NCBI GenBank assembly: GCA_964016885.1 | Contig: OZ024747.1 | Coordinates: 52,080,001-52,144,000 of the forward strand | From: Eledone cirrhosa | Lineage: Eukaryota | Direction of reading: 5' to 3' | DNA length: 64,000 bases | Shown here: positions 1 to 13,801 of the stretch, piece after piece | Position numbering within the stretch: position 1 is the stretch's first letter | Layout: the number at the start of each line of letters is the position of its first letter | Position numbers and translations under genes: made by a program | Notes under the pieces: generated by a model | Seen by the model: only the letters and a program-made list of their open reading frames with translations | Database searches by the model: none | Told to the model about the DNA's origin: nothing

Positions 1-2085
1 TGGTTGTGGTACTGTTGCTGGTGGTGGTGTTGGTGGTTGTGAGTGATGGTGGGATGTGTTAGTACATTGTATTATAGTTGGTTTAGTGGTGGTTGTGGTC
101 CCGTTGCTGGTGGTGGTGTTGGTGGTTGTAGGTGATGGTGGGATGTGTTAGTACATTGTATTATAGTTGGTTTAGTGGTGGTTGTGGTATTGTTGCTGGT
201 GGTGGTGTTGGTGGTTGTGGTATTGTTGCTGGTGGTGGTGTTGGTGGTTGTGAGTGATGGTGGGATGTGTTAGAACATTGTATTATAGTTGGTTTAGTGG
301 TGGTTGTGGTACTGTTGCTGGTGGTGGTGTTGGTGGTGGTTGTGAGTGATGGTGGGATGTGTTAGTAGATTGTATGATAGTTGGTTTAGTGGTGGTTGTG
401 GTACTGTTGCTGGTGGTGGTGTTGGTGGTGGTTGTGAGTGATGGTGGGATGTGTTAGTACATTGTATGATAGTTGGTTTAGTGGTGGTTGTGGTACTGTT
501 GCTGATGATGGTGTTGGTGGTTGTGAGTGATGGTGGGATGTGTTAGTACATTGTATTATAGTTGGTTTAGTGGTGGTTGTGGTACTGTTGCTGGTGGTGG
601 TGTTGGTGGTTGTGAGTGATGGTGGGATGTGTTAGTACATTGTATTATAGTTGGTTTAGTGGTGGTCGTGGTACTGTTGCTGGTGGTGGTGTTGGTGGTT
701 GTGAGTGATGGTGGGATGTGTTAGTACATTGTATTATAGTTGGTTTAGTGGTGGTTGTGGTACTGTTGCTGGTGGTGGTGTTGGTGGTTGTGAGTGATGG
801 TGGGATGTGTTAGTACATTGTATTATAGTTGGTTTAGTGGTGGTTGTGGTACTATTGCTGGTGGTGGTGTTGGTGGTTGTGAGTGGTGGTGGGATGTGTT
901 AGTACATTGTATGATAGTTGGTTTAGTGGTGGTTGTGGTACTATTGCTGGTGGTGGTGTTGGTGGTTGTGAGTGGTGGTGGGATGTGTTAGTACATTGTA
1001 TGATAGTTCGTTTAGTGGTGGTTGTGGTACTCTTACTGGTGGTGGTGTTGGTGGTTGTGAGTGGTGGTGGGATGTGTTAGTACATTGTATGATAGTTGGT
1101 TTATTGGTGGTTGTGGTACTGTTGCTGGTGGTGGTGTTGGTGGTTGTGAGTGATGGTGGGATGTGTTAGTACATTGTATGATAGTTGGTTTAGTGGTGGT
1201 TGTGGTACTGTTGCTGGTGGTGGTGTTGGTGGTTGTGAGTGATGGTGGGATGTGTTAGTACATTGTATTATAGTTGCTTTAGTGGTGGTTGTGGTATTGT
1301 TGCTGGTGGTGGTGTTGGTGGTTGTGAGTGATGGTGGGATGTGTTAGTAGATTGTATTATAGTTGGTTTGGTGGTGGTTGTGGTATTGTTGCTGGTGGTG
1401 GTATTGGTGGTTGTGAGTGATGGTGGGATGTGTTAGTACATTGTATTATAGTTGGTTTGGTGGTGGTTGTGGTATTGTTGCTGGTGGTGGTGTTGGTGGT
1501 TGTGAGTGATGGTGGGATGTGTTAGTACATTGTATTATAGTTGGTTTAGTGGTGCTTGTGGTACTGTTGCTGGTGGTGGTGTTGGTGGTTGTGAGTGATG
1601 GTGCGATGTGTTAGTACATTGTATGATAGTTGGTTTAGTGGTGGTTGTGGTACTGTTGCTGGTGGTGGTGTTGGTGGTTGTGAGTGATGGTGGGATGTGT
1701 TAGTACATTGTATTATAGTTGCTTTAGTGGTGGTTGTGGTACTGTTGCTGGTGGTGGTGTTGGTGGTTGTGAGTGATGGTGGGATGTGTTAGTACATTGT
1801 ATTATAGTTGGTTTAGTGGTGGTTGTGGTACTGTTGCTGGTGGTGGTGTTGGTGGTTGTGAGTGATGGTGGGATGTGTTAGTACATTGTATTATAGTTGC
1901 TTTAGTGGTGGTTGTGGTACTGTTGCTGGTGGCGGTGTTGGTGGTTGTGAGTGATGGTGGGATGTGTTAGTACATTGTATTATAGTTGCTTTAGTGGTGG
2001 TTGTGGTATTGTTGCTGGTGGTGGTGTTGGTGGTTGTGAGTGATGGTGGGATGTGTTAGTACATTGTATTATAGTTGGTTTAGTG
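1..2085. repeat. 89-bp GT-rich minisatellite, about 23 copies, running off the window start
   Basis: The unit ...gtgagtgatggtgggatgtgttagtacattgtattatagttggtttagtggtggttgtggtactgttgctggtggtggtgttggtggtt recurs; identical ORF starts at 794, 883 and 972 give a period of 89. Confidence 0.97.
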
Positions 2086-2200
2086 TTATTATGTGATGTT
2101 ATAGTAATGTGGTGTGATTCTGGTTTGATTTGTTTTGGTTTCTTTTAAATTGTGTTTATTACAGTATAATTGCTTTCTATTACGGAAGTTTCTTAGAATA

Positions 2201-2345
2201 TACGAGGGATGGCTGAAAAGACCGACATACTCTCATGGAATGTGACCAAATGAGGTATGTTTTAACATAGTCCACCCTTGCTGTCCACGTACTTCTTCCA
2301 TCGGTGTTGCAGTGCTTAGATCCTATTGATGAAGAAGCTTTCATC
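2201..2345 (-). mobile_element. Mariner transposon 3' end remnant (TIR plus transposase C-terminus)
   Basis: TIR-like tacgagggatggctgaaaag at 2201; the minus strand reads ALQHRWKKYVDSKG/DYVK, matching the mariner C-terminal RW.KC....GDYVEK motif with a frameshift. Confidence 0.8.
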
Positions 2346-2577
2346 TTGTTGTCTCTTTGTCTCTGTCTCAAAGTAAAGAACCCAAGGCCCATCCTAGATT
2401 AGGAAACATTCAAGCTGAATCTGCCTCAAACAATGTCAAATTTTCCCGTGATCTGATCAACATAGTACGCTTTTGATCAGGTGCCAGAAGACATAACACA
2501 AAGCTAGCAGAAACCTTTCATCATACCAAGTTCATAATATTGTTAACTCTCTCAAGGGGTATGTAAATATTATTGAC

Positions 2578-2700
2578 GATTCTGAGTTCAAATCCCGCCG
2601 AGTTTAACTTTGCCTTTCATCCTTACGGGGTCGATAAAATAAAGTACCAGTAATACACTGGGATAATTTCTGGCATTGTGCCAAATATAGAAACATATAT
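2578..2700 (+). mobile_element. Octopus-type SINE, family A (3' part)
   Basis: tctgagttcaaatcccgccgag...gcctttcatccttacggggtcgataaaataaagtaccag, with a B-box-like GAGTTCAAATCCC. Other copies near 2940(-), 6265(+), 12250(-), 23770-24320(+), 25458(-), 26430(+), 27810(-), 34288(-), 35320(-), 48674(-). Confidence 0.85.
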
Positions 2701-2701
2701 T

Positions 2702-2830
2702 ATTGGCGATTTCATTTATTTTCAATCGCCTGTCATCCATCACTATGTGATGAACACGATCAATATTTTCCTCGGTGGTGGCATTTGCAGGACGTCCAGA
2801 CCTTGGGTCATCTTCAAGGTCTCCTTTCCC
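2702..2830 (-). mobile_element. Mariner transposase N-terminal HTH fragment
   Basis: Minus-strand translation LEDDPRSGRPANATTEENIDRVHHIVMDDRRLKINEIAN. Confidence 0.85.
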
Positions 2831-2859
2831 TTCCTAATTTATTTACGTTTCCCAAATGA

Positions 2860-2890
<31 letters not shown>

Positions 2891-3206
2891 GCGAGAGAGA
2901 GAGAGAGGGGGGGGTGTAGTACTAAGCAGAATGTAATGATAATAATTGTTTCTACGTCTGGCACAAGGCCAGCAATCATCCAGTGCATTACTGGTACTTT
3001 ATTTTATCGACCCCGTAAGGATCAAAGGCAAAGTTAACCTCGGCGGGATTTGATAATAATAATAAACGATTTGTTATGGCTTCATTACGTTTATTGAGTA
3101 GAGACGCGTTTCGCTATTGATCAGCTCAAGATTCGATCTGTATCGATCTGACCCGACTCTGGAATCCAAAGCATGTCGAACTTCAGTTGTGGTAATGACA
3201 GAATGA

Positions 3207-3328
<122 letters not shown>

Positions 3329-3334
3329 ATATAC

Positions 3335-3480
3335 ATCCGGCCGTCAGGATGGAGAATGCACTGCCCGAGAGAAAAAGGAGGGAGATACACTGAAACAGCC
3401 ACTCCACCTCACGGGGCTCACCCCTGTGGGCGGCCAGCTCCGATAGCAAAATTGGGAGGGAGATTGGCACAGAGAAACAT
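3335..3480 (-). mobile_element. CRE-clade non-LTR retrotransposon 3' stub next to (TA)n
   Basis: Minus strand [29 protein letters not shown], homologous to the C-terminus of the 9130-10085 element. Confidence 0.7.
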
Positions 3481-3747
3481 TAGAGGTAAAGGAAAGGAAG
3501 AAAGAAAGGAAGATAAATTGCAGGCAGTGTAATGTCTATTTCTAGCTTGGTATTAAATAAGAACCAAATCAAATAGGAACCAAATAAGAAAGGTGCCTAA
3601 GACAATGGCAATTGAAAAAAAAACTGGAAAAAAAGGATATTCCCTTCTCTTCAGCCACCTTCTAGAAATTCAAAGCTTAAAATTGAGATGCTTCATTCCA
3701 GAGAAGATGGGACGATGACAGAACACAACGGAGAGACTAAGGACAAA

Positions 3748-3824
<77 letters not shown>

Positions 3825-4040
3825 TATGACTGAGTGGTTAGAGAATTGGATTTACAATCATGAGGTTGTGAGTTCGATTCCCGGACCGGGTGATGCATTA
3901 TGTCCGTGAGCAAGACACTTTATTTCACGTTGCTCCTTCTACCTGGAGTGGCGAACGATAGATAGTATTAGCAACTGGAAAGACCAACGGAAACATTGTT
4001 TCCTCGGTCCGATTTGACGAAAGTCGATCGACTGTCAATA
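3825..4040 (+). mobile_element. tRNA-derived SINE, family B
   Basis: A-box-like tgactgagtggttag and B-box gagttcgattccc followed by gagcaagacactttatttcacgttgctcc; a relative lies at about 47775-48050. Confidence 0.7.
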
Positions 4041-4046
4041 TATTTA

Positions 4047-4118
<72 letters not shown>

Positions 4119-4336
4119 AGTGTATATATATATATATGTGTATGTCTGTGTGTGTATATATATATATATAACGAAGGAGTTGTGGTAAGGAACCAGATGG
4201 ACAATAACGCACCAGAGTACTCAATACTTAGGGTAGTAGAGTGGGTATTAGAAAAAAGTATGACCCCGACGGCAGAACTCAACCCGTTTCTACGGCTATT
4301 TCTTGAGCTCTACAGGGGTCATACGTTTTCCTATAC

Positions 4337-4383
<47 letters not shown>

Positions 4384-4818
4384 GAGAGAGAGAGAGATAC
4401 ATGCACAAAGACTTACATTGATTATGACATTATAAGCTGAAGATAGAAATACACTCAAATAAACACAAACACACAACTACCCAGTATAATATACACAATA
4501 TAAAAACAAAATATTCAAACATATACACTCATATATATATGTATATATAAAAGTTTCAAAAGGATGGAGAAAAGAATTATCGGGGCAGAAATAATAATTA
4601 TGTTTGTGTGAGGGGAAGGTGGCTTGTGTGAGTCTGTGTGTGTGTAAGTGTGGATCTGGGTGTGTTTGTATGTGTGTACTTGTATGTATGTAGGTGTGTA
4701 TGTATGTATATGTGTGTATGTATATATGTATGAATGTATGTGTTCATGTATGTATGTATGTATGCTTATTTCTGTATGTGTACAAGTGTATAAATGTGTG
4801 TGTGTGTGTGTGTATGTA

Positions 4819-4857
<39 letters not shown>

Positions 4858-5333
4858 GAGAGAGAGAGAGAGTATGTGTGTCTGTCTGTGTGTATGTGTT
4901 TGTGTGTTTGTACGTGTGTATGTTCATTTGTGTGTGCGTAAGGGTATGGCCTGAAAACATACTTCATTTTCATATAGATATAAATTAAGTGAGAGAAACA
5001 GAAAAAGGGAAAGAGGGGAAGAAAAGAAGGAAGAAAAAAAAGAAAGAAAAATGTAAGTAAAAAGGTAACAGAAAGAGGAGGAGATCGTCTGAAGGAGAGG
5101 CATCGAAGTGTGTAAAATACAAAGGATTGTCCAACTCTTGGACACGCTCTATTTGTCAAGACATTTCACCAATTAAACGCCATCACTACGAAAAAGTCAG
5201 TCACTGAGAAAACCTTTTCTTGTGATTCTTACTGTCTCTTTCTTCTTTATTGTAATTTTAAGAAGAGCCTCATCAACAGTATAACTTCATATACATACAA
5301 ATGTACATACATACACACACACACACACACACT

Positions 5334-5401
<68 letters not shown>

Positions 5402-5785
5402 CATACATGATGGCTGCCCCCTCGTTATCGAGTATGGTCATTGCATGATATACCATTATTAATAATTATTAATTGATTCTACCGTGCAATGCTTCTGCAT
5501 GAAGATATTTTTTAAAGTGAGGAAAGACTGTGCACTGAGCCAATCCCACTCTCTGAGCGACACTAGCTATAACCCGAAAAGAAGAAAAGATCAACATCAT
5601 CGGTAACTACTGAGCCGCAGGTTTTATGTCGGAGTTATCCCAGTTTCCTGGGTTGCCTTCTCCTAGAAGAATGTCCTGACAAAGGCTAGGGGTCTTTCAC
5701 TCCCAGTGGTTTAACCGTGCGGTACATATGTATATACATATTTACACACTTTTGGATGGCCGTTGACTCTTATGAGTTCATACAT

Positions 5786-5820
<35 letters not shown>

Positions 5821-5828
5821 CATATATA

Positions 5829-5892
<64 letters not shown>

Positions 5893-5895
<3 letters not shown>

Positions 5896-6200
5896 TGGCT
5901 GCCAACTCGTTTTCGAGTACGGCCACTACTTTATATCCATGTAGGAGAACCCCTACCGATGCGCTGAACGAGTGTGACTTTTAGTCCAGCCAGCGACTTG
6001 AAAATTCTGGTACAAACACTACACTTGTGACAATTATTGACACATAGTGCTAGGCCCATGGTACCATGTGACGACAAGTGCAGAGAGATCTCCAGATATA
6101 AAGCAATGCCTGTGCCGTGAAGCTTTTATAGTGAGCAAAGGCACTGCACAAAGCCAGTCCCACTCTCTTAACCAAGATGATATTTACCAAAAAGAAGAAC
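5893..6200 (-). mobile_element. RTE-like LINE 3' end with C2H2 zinc finger
   Basis: Minus strand [25 protein letters not shown] followed by a 3' hairpin ctcgaaaacgag; a similar tail occurs at 5409-5455. Confidence 0.65.
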
Positions 6201-8349
6201 AAGTCAAAATCATTGGATACCATCAGGGTTGCAGGTGTTATATCAGAGTTTTATTACAGTCAATTATCCCGCCGAGGTTAACTTTGCCTTTCATCCTTAC
6301 GGGATCGAAAAAATAATGTACCAGTAATACACTGGGATAATTGCTGGCCTTCTACCAAAAGTAGAAACAATTATTAGAACTACACTGTTGGGTTTCCTCT
6401 CTTTTCTTTTGTTTTTCTGCTTTATTTATTTTATTAGAAAGATATATCCGAACAGAAGACATCACAAACAGACTGGTGACCACAACGTCACAGCGGCCAT
6501 CTATTTCTTGTTCATCCTTCCATATCATGTTCGCTTTTCGTATCTTTCTTTTAAATTACTCCAGGAGAGCAAAATTTAACCAAGATATGGAAACTTATGG
6601 CAATGAAAATTATACAATTTTAACTACAGATACCATTTCAAAATTATTGTTTCTTTTCATTGTAAGAAGTTCAGGGCATTCTTTTTCTTTTGAAAGTAAA
6701 CTTAGTATGTTTTCTTATTATTTTATCGTGGGTGGAAGAGAAGTAGAATTTTAAAAGTTCAATTTACGACGATAAATTTGAGATGAAAACTTTTGTTTCA
6801 ATACAAGATATACAATGGGGAATAGATAGATTGTTAGTTTTAGTTTTCACCAGAGAAGTTTCACTGGAATGACTTTTCTCTCCATTTAAGTATGTCGACT
6901 ATTTTGAATTTACGAATTCATGCGTTCAATAGAGAAACGTAAATTTAGATTATACCAACTTTATTTTCTTCTTCGTTGCAATTCTCGTATCATCTTCTGC
7001 GTCTCCCATGTTGGGTGTGAAACTTATTTCTCTCGCTTTAAGGTTGTAGTCAGCAGTCATAAAACAATAGAAATCAAATAGACAACTAATCTAATTTCTT
7101 TTTAAATGTCTTCTCACCAATATATGACGTTACTAATATTTCGTTACCACCACTCCTAGGCTTGTTCAACGCCCACCCACCAGTTTTTCAACCGCTGCTA
7201 CTCTGTCATCGTTCATCAACAAAGCTTTATTTCCGTGTTTCCTCAAAAAACGCTGTCATTGTCGAACCACAAAAGCCAGGTTATTTTGTTTCTATCACTT
7301 TTGTCTTTATAGTTGGTCCTTCACCACTGTTGTTAGTAACATTATTACACTTTAACACCTTGCAACATAGCCAGGGAGCACATCAACCCTACCACCATCT
7401 GTACTCTCCACAAACGCCACCGTCACCAGTATCATAGCTTTAATAACACCAACAACAACATCAACTGTAAGATAGGGCGAATAGTGAGTGACAACTACGG
7501 TAACATCAAGGATGATCTTGCCATCAGCTCCCCACTTAAATTATCTGTCCCAACCCCATCAAGACAGACAACAAACCGGCCAGGAAGTCAGCAAGCCAGA
7601 AGCTCATCCATCAATATCATTTCAATTCATTGCTACCTTCTCATGCACCACCACAACCACCACTACCACCACTACCATTATACTGTACCACTACTACTAG
7701 AAGTGTGATTATCCCACCAACAACTACTACTACTACTACTACTACTGTTGCTGCTGCTGTTTTTGTTACTGCTGCTGTTGCTGCTACTTCATGATTTCCA
7801 GCCTTCTAAATTGAGTTTTAAGTCATTAGCTTTTGCCCCCCCCCCCCCCCCCCCCTCCTCTAGATGCTCTGGCTATTTAACATTCTGTCTCTACCGCCCT
7901 TTAGGGGCTTAAAAGTCGATGACATTCGAACGAGTGTCGCGAAGCGCTCATTTATTTGGCAATGAAATTTAATGACGGTTGTTCCTCCATCTTTAAACTC
8001 CCATTCCACTCACTGATATATACTAATGTTTCAACATCACCACAAACCTCATAAGTACTGTTGTCTTTCTTGTTGTTGTTGTTTGGTATTTGTTAAAACA
8101 CGTCTGTATCCTTCTTACAGCAAAAATGATGTGGTTTTATTTTTATTTAAATTTTTATTTATGAATTTTTTTATTAAATTTTTTCTGCTTGTTTGATTTG
8201 TTGTTTTTGTTTTAAATGTTTTTAAAGCACTTGGAGTATTTATTTTTAGTTTAGTCCCGTTTATAGCCAGCGTTCAAGTGTTAGGTGATCAGCTTCATAT
8301 TTTATTTCATTTAATTATACTTTCTCTGCTCGTGGCCTGTTTTATTTGT

Positions 8350-8481
8350 TGCTACTACTGCTACTACCAGCACCACCACCGCTACTATTACTACTACTAC
8401 TACTAGCAGCACCACCACTGCTACCAGCACCAACACCGCCACTACTACTACTACTACTACCACTACTACTACTGCTACCAG

Positions 8482-8526
<45 letters not shown>

Positions 8527-8590
8527 CACTACTGCTACTACTACCACCACCACCGCTACTACTACTACCATCACTACTACTACCAGCAAC

Positions 8591-8625
<35 letters not shown>

Positions 8626-8711
8626 CACTACTACTACTACTACCAGCACCACCACCACTACTACTACTACTACCACCACCACCACCACCACTACTGCTAC
8701 TACTACCACCG

Positions 8712-8753
<42 letters not shown>

Positions 8754-8775
8754 TCACGACTACTACTACCAGCAT
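8350..8775. repeat. (CTA/CCA)n trinucleotide microsatellite
   Basis: Direct reading. Confidence 0.95.
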
Positions 8776-9129
8776 TGTGATTAACTTTTGTTGTTGTTTA
8801 TGTCTTAGTATTTGTCATAGTCGTTGTTTTTGTTGTCACATATTTTATAACCTCCGGTATCTGCAAAACGTCTGTCATTAGAGTTGATTTATTCCCCCAA
8901 ATCCCTAATTTCTCAGACTTTTGTATTCTTTTACTGCTTCCAGTCATTAGATTATGCCCATGCTGGGGCACAGCCTTAATTTACATAACAACACCTGCAC
9001 ATAATTCTTTCAAATCTTGTACGTATTTTATCGATCCGTGTTTTGTCGAAACGGTAAATGTGGATAGAGAGAAAAGGTGGATGGAGAATCGACACCAATG
9101 TCGGATTGGTACTTTATTTATCGGCCTGA

Positions 9130-10085
9130 TACGCGATGGGGCCCACCCACAGCCCCGGTGGACAGAAAGGAGAAGGTGTTTCCCCGGAGGTCGGCAATGG
9201 AGATGCGTTGGAAAAGTCACTCCAACTCGCGGGGCTCACACCTGCGGCTGGCCAGCTCAGCGCCTATGGTGGTGAGTGAGGAGGTAGCCCTGAGGGCGAG
9301 GACACCAGAAGTTTCCACTGCCAGGGGTACGACCGCAAACCTGTCGGAGAGTGACCAGTATTTGAGAAGTTTGGTCTACTCAGCACGACGTGCAGCAGAA
9401 CATGGGTCAGTCGCAGACTGCACCAGGTTGCGGCTGCAGAAAGTGTCAGTGCAAGTGGTATCCCAGACGAGGGGTTTTCCACAGCGGAACAGGAAGATGG
9501 TCATGTCATCTGGCCTTTTGCCGTTCACTCGATCCAGCCTCACCGGCTCGAGCTTGGAAGGGAAGCCTGCAGCGTCCAAGCCATGCTTAATGACCTCGAT
9601 GAGGGCAGCATGGCGTGGAATGCGGCCGGCACTGTGGCGACAGGAAAGCGGGTGGAGGCTGAAAGGGTTCACGGGGGAACCGCAGCAGCGACATTGGTGT
9701 GGCTGGCAGATCTGGAGGCCGAGCCTCAGGGAAACGCCGATACGCAGGCTATGTTTGTCTAGCTGCGTGCCAGTGGAGAAGGAGGGCAGAGAATGGAGCC
9801 AGACACCACTGTGGGGTTTGGAGGCTGCACGAAAACAAGCACGGCGGTGCTGGTCGAGCTGGCGCGTGAGCCTGTCTGAAGCCAGGCTGCATTGGATGGC
9901 ATCCCAAGTGCGTTGGGGAACTTAACGTCAACAGGGGGAGAAGGAGGAGGGACGTCTACTGGGCTAAGTCCCAGCTGGTCCCACGTCTCACAGGTGGCGT
10001 CACGTTCTCTGAACACAGAGGGTTCTGTTGTGTTTTGAAGAACCTTGCTGACGAGGACGCGGCACAGTGGTGATCTCCCAAGGAT
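9130..10085 (-). mobile_element. CRE-clade non-LTR retrotransposon 3' fragment: zinc knuckle and restriction-like endonuclease (decayed)
   Basis: Minus strand HSGVWLHSLP...LRIGVSLRLG..CQPHQCRCG...HPLSCRHSAGRIPRHAAL...EP..L....KRPDD....LVWDTTCTDT...PLAVETSG...LFQRISIA..RGN, with in-frame stops. Confidence 0.88.
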
Positions 10086-12566
10086 CAAGCTCTGATTTTA
10101 AACTGAGTAACGGATTAAGTGTGTAACCAGGGTAAGCTATAGATTTGAACTCAGAACGCAATGAGTTGGAACAAATTGACCTACATAGGATTTGAACGCA
10201 GAAGACAGAATGCTAAAGCGAACAATGGTAAGATGTTTCGCCCTACACGCAGCCTAACTTGTGTTCCTTCCTCTATATTCTAAGCTAAGGAAAGAATATG
10301 TTTTATTGATTCAAAATTACACATTCAATCATATATGTTTACAAAGAGGAGGAGAGAAAAAAATGGTTTGCTGGTGGGATAAGAATATATGGTAGTAGGG
10401 CCAGTGAGAAATTCTATATTCTTGGCTGGAGAAAACATTTCAACTTCGTCTTGTGGCCAACACGGTGAAAGCATTCCCTCGGAGTAAAGCCAGTGATACC
10501 CACTGCATCAGCCATTCTACATTATGGGGCTCTGAAAGTAAACGGTAGTCCGGGGACCAAGAACACTAGTAGTCTCGATGGCAACCGATACAAAAATGAA
10601 ATGTTCCGTCAACAAACGCTTGAATTGATATGTTGTAGTAGATAACATCGATTATCCTCCCTTCAACAAATATGTGACTTCGTATCAATACAAGAAACCA
10701 ATATTAACAGAAATAAATCAATGACCCAGAAGTTCGAATTCTTTTAAAGAATACATTGGTTATTAAATGGAGAAATAAAGAACTCAAAGAGTAAATGAAT
10801 GCAGTGAAATCCAGAAATTTATTGCTACTCAAAGAGACATTTTCCAGATCGAACAATTTTGACATAGAATGAAACCGAATATTTGACAATAAACACTAAC
10901 AGAAGGACGACACCTCGACTCCACCGCAACAAAGTGAAAAGAAAAAAAGTGTGTATATATATATATGTGTGTGTATATAAAGTAAAAACGAAAATAACAT
11001 CTAAATAAAAGCAATAAAACCATAGATAAAATAAAATAAAGATTAATTTCCTCTGAATAAGAATGAACGATATATTCTAAGTTAACAATGACAAATCCAG
11101 ACATGAATGCTTTGGCTGGTAAATAATATACAATCGGAAGACAAATGGACTGTCACGAGAAGAGTTTTTTTTTTTAATTGGAAGCGAGACAGGCAAAAGA
11201 TAAGCTGTCAATTCAAAATTTAAAAGTTGTTTAGTTTAACCATATGTTGGTGCTAAGTTCTTTCTTTTATCTTTTTTTCATTTTTCTTTTGATTTTGATT
11301 TTTCCTTTTCGTGAATTTGCCCGTCTACATTCTCTTCACCTCACACCTCTCCTCCTCAATTCTTGAGAGTTCTAATGTATAAAGGAGAGATTGGCAAATC
11401 TTTGTCAGTAAGTGACTGCTGCTGCTGGGATATCTTGATTACAAGATGTCGGCAGAAATGTTTAGCAAAAGTTAAGATATATTTGACCTGAAAGTGAGAG
11501 GTCAAACAGTGATAAACTGGAGAGAGCTGGAGTTAAAAAAAAAAAGGAAATGAAAAATATAAAATACAAGAGGATATTCTTTATTTTAAGGACATTTATT
11601 TATTCCTGCTTTGGTCGGTGGGGAGACGATATCTCTCATCTGGTTTTAGTTTTGCTTTGTTTTGGGGGTGCAGGGGAGTCCCTTAAGGATTTACTGATAC
11701 TTTTTGTTTTGATGGGAGTAGCATGAGAGGTCATATATAAAAGATTTAGACATGTTATATTAAAAGATGATATGCTGCTTTGTTTGGTGAAAACAGGCTA
11801 ACCGTTCTCACACAATCGATTCTAAGAAAGGAATCTCTGGCAGCAGATAATTAAGATCTATGTCTCAAGTGTGCTGTTCAGTAAAGAGTTTGATATTTGG
11901 GGCATGATATGTTCAGGAGTAACTTCCAATTCTCTGCTAAAACGATGTCAGTAGTAAGGTTTTGGTGGAGGTGGGGTGCAAGTTAGGTTTCAATTTCATT
12001 TTATTCACTCTGTAAATAATGATTTCTAATTCAGGGAAAGAGCCAACAAATTTTAGAGAAGAGCAAAGTTGATTAAATTAAGCCCAGTACTTGATAGGTT
12101 CTATATTTATTGATCCTAGAAGAATGAAACGTAACGTTGGTATCGGCGAAATTTGAACTCACAAGGTAGTGACAGAACTCAATGCCACAATGCATTCTGT
12201 TCAACCCTCTAACGATACTCCCAACCCACGGCCGTATTTAAGTTGTTAACAATGGTTTCAGATTTAAGCACAAGGCCAACAATTTGGGGAGGGGGCAGGG
12301 CAAATTCGATTAAATCAACCCCAGTGTGTTACTGGTATTTATTTTATCGACCCCATAAGGATGAAAGGTAAAGCTAACTTCGAGGAGATTTGAACTCAGA
12401 AGATAGTGAAGGAACTGAATGCTACCATGTATTCTGGTCGTCGCTCTAACAACATTACCAATCCACTGCCCCTTAGGATTTTAACAATTAACGTCAGGAA
12501 ACATAAATGTAAACGTAGTCTCGGTGCCGATTTTTGTTTTTATTTTTTTCCTTGGAATTCATTCGC

Positions 12567-13148
12567 AACAATATAACAGCAAGTACTCACAATATAATAG
12601 CAAGTACCCCACAATACAACAGCAAGTACCCCACAATACAACAGCAAGTACCTCACAATATAACAGCAAGTACCTCACAATACAGTAGCAAGTACCCCAC
12701 AATACAACTGCAAGTATTCCACAATACAACAGCAAGTACCCCACTATACAACAGCAAGTATTCACAATATTGTAGCAAGTACCCCCACACTACAACAGCA
12801 AGTATCCCACAATACAACAGCATGTATCCCACAATACAACAGCAAGTATTCCACAATATTGTAGCAAGTACCCCCACAATACAGTAGCAAGTACCCACAA
12901 TATTGTAGCAAGTACCCCACAATACAACAGCAAGTACCCCACTATACAACAGAAAGTACCCCCACAATACAACAGCAAGTACCCCACTATACAACAGCAG
13001 GTACCCCACTATACAACAGCAGGTACCCCACAATACAACAGCAAGTACGCCACAATACAACAGCAAGTACCTCACAATACAACAGCAAGTACCTCACAAT
13101 ACAACAGCAAGTACCCCACAATACAGTAACAAGTACCTCACAATACTG
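12567..13148. repeat. 22-bp minisatellite (cacaatacaacagcaagtaccc)n, about 26 copies
   Basis: Direct reading. Confidence 0.95.
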
Positions 13149-13527
13149 TCCGCATCAACCAACCACTTAATATGTTGGGAATTACAAAAGAATAGGAAAG
13201 AAAAATGAAAATCTAATGAGAGGCTGTTCGTGAAATCAGAAAACAATTAGCAAAAGATTTTAAAGAAATGATTATACCAATCGTAGGAAACAAGAGAGTT
13301 CCATAGAAGACAGATTCGACGAAAGAGGCAAATAGAAATTTATGTTAATGGACGAGGCGACAACAATGGACGGATGAAATTTAGTAGAAAGACGAAACTG
13401 GAAGAGACCCATCTACTATATTATGTTTATTTAAAAGCACGTCTGTTTCAAATCCAGTGGCTCATCAGACCTGATCTTAAACCTAACGGTTTCATTGGTG
13501 TTAATCAGTTTATACTGATATTCGTTT

Positions 13528-13801
13528 GTAATTGAGTGGACTTCAGCAACATGAAATTAAAGATACAACGTATTGTTCTTTCAGAGAATTGATCCTATAA
13601 CCTTACGATTGTAAGTACAACACCCTAACAACTAAACCCCCACCTTTACTATTTTAATGTATTGTAATTAATTGTGTGGACTTGAGCAACATGAGATTAA
13701 AGGCACTACGTACTGCTCGTTCAGAGAATTGATCCTACATTACGATCGTGAGTACAGGACCCTAACAACTAAACTCCTCACCTTTACTATTTTAATGTAT
13801 T
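13528..13801. repeat. About 140-bp diverged tandem duplication
   Basis: tggactt..gcaacatga..ttcagagaattgatccta..ccctaacaactaaac..cacctttactattttaatgtatt occurs twice. Confidence 0.85.

Noticed and set aside
1-2085. Telomeric repeat, or an inverted partner of the CCA-rich tract at 60061-62125
   Set aside because: There is no TTAGGG array and the resemblance is only low-complexity composition.
3825-3900. Functional tRNA gene
   Set aside because: A and B boxes are present, but the acceptor stem is poor and the sequence continues into a SINE body.
9077-9925. 282-aa plus-strand ORF
   Set aside because: It is the antisense shadow of the minus-strand CRE endonuclease region.
12567-13148. CRISPR-like array (also considered at 34499, 40161 and 63916)
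   Set aside because: The units are contiguous with no unique spacers, the context is eukaryotic and there are no cas genes.
13435-13475. Minus-strand CTGATGA...GAAAC hammerhead candidate
   Set aside because: Stem II cannot form a viable loop and there is no valid NUH triplet before stem I.
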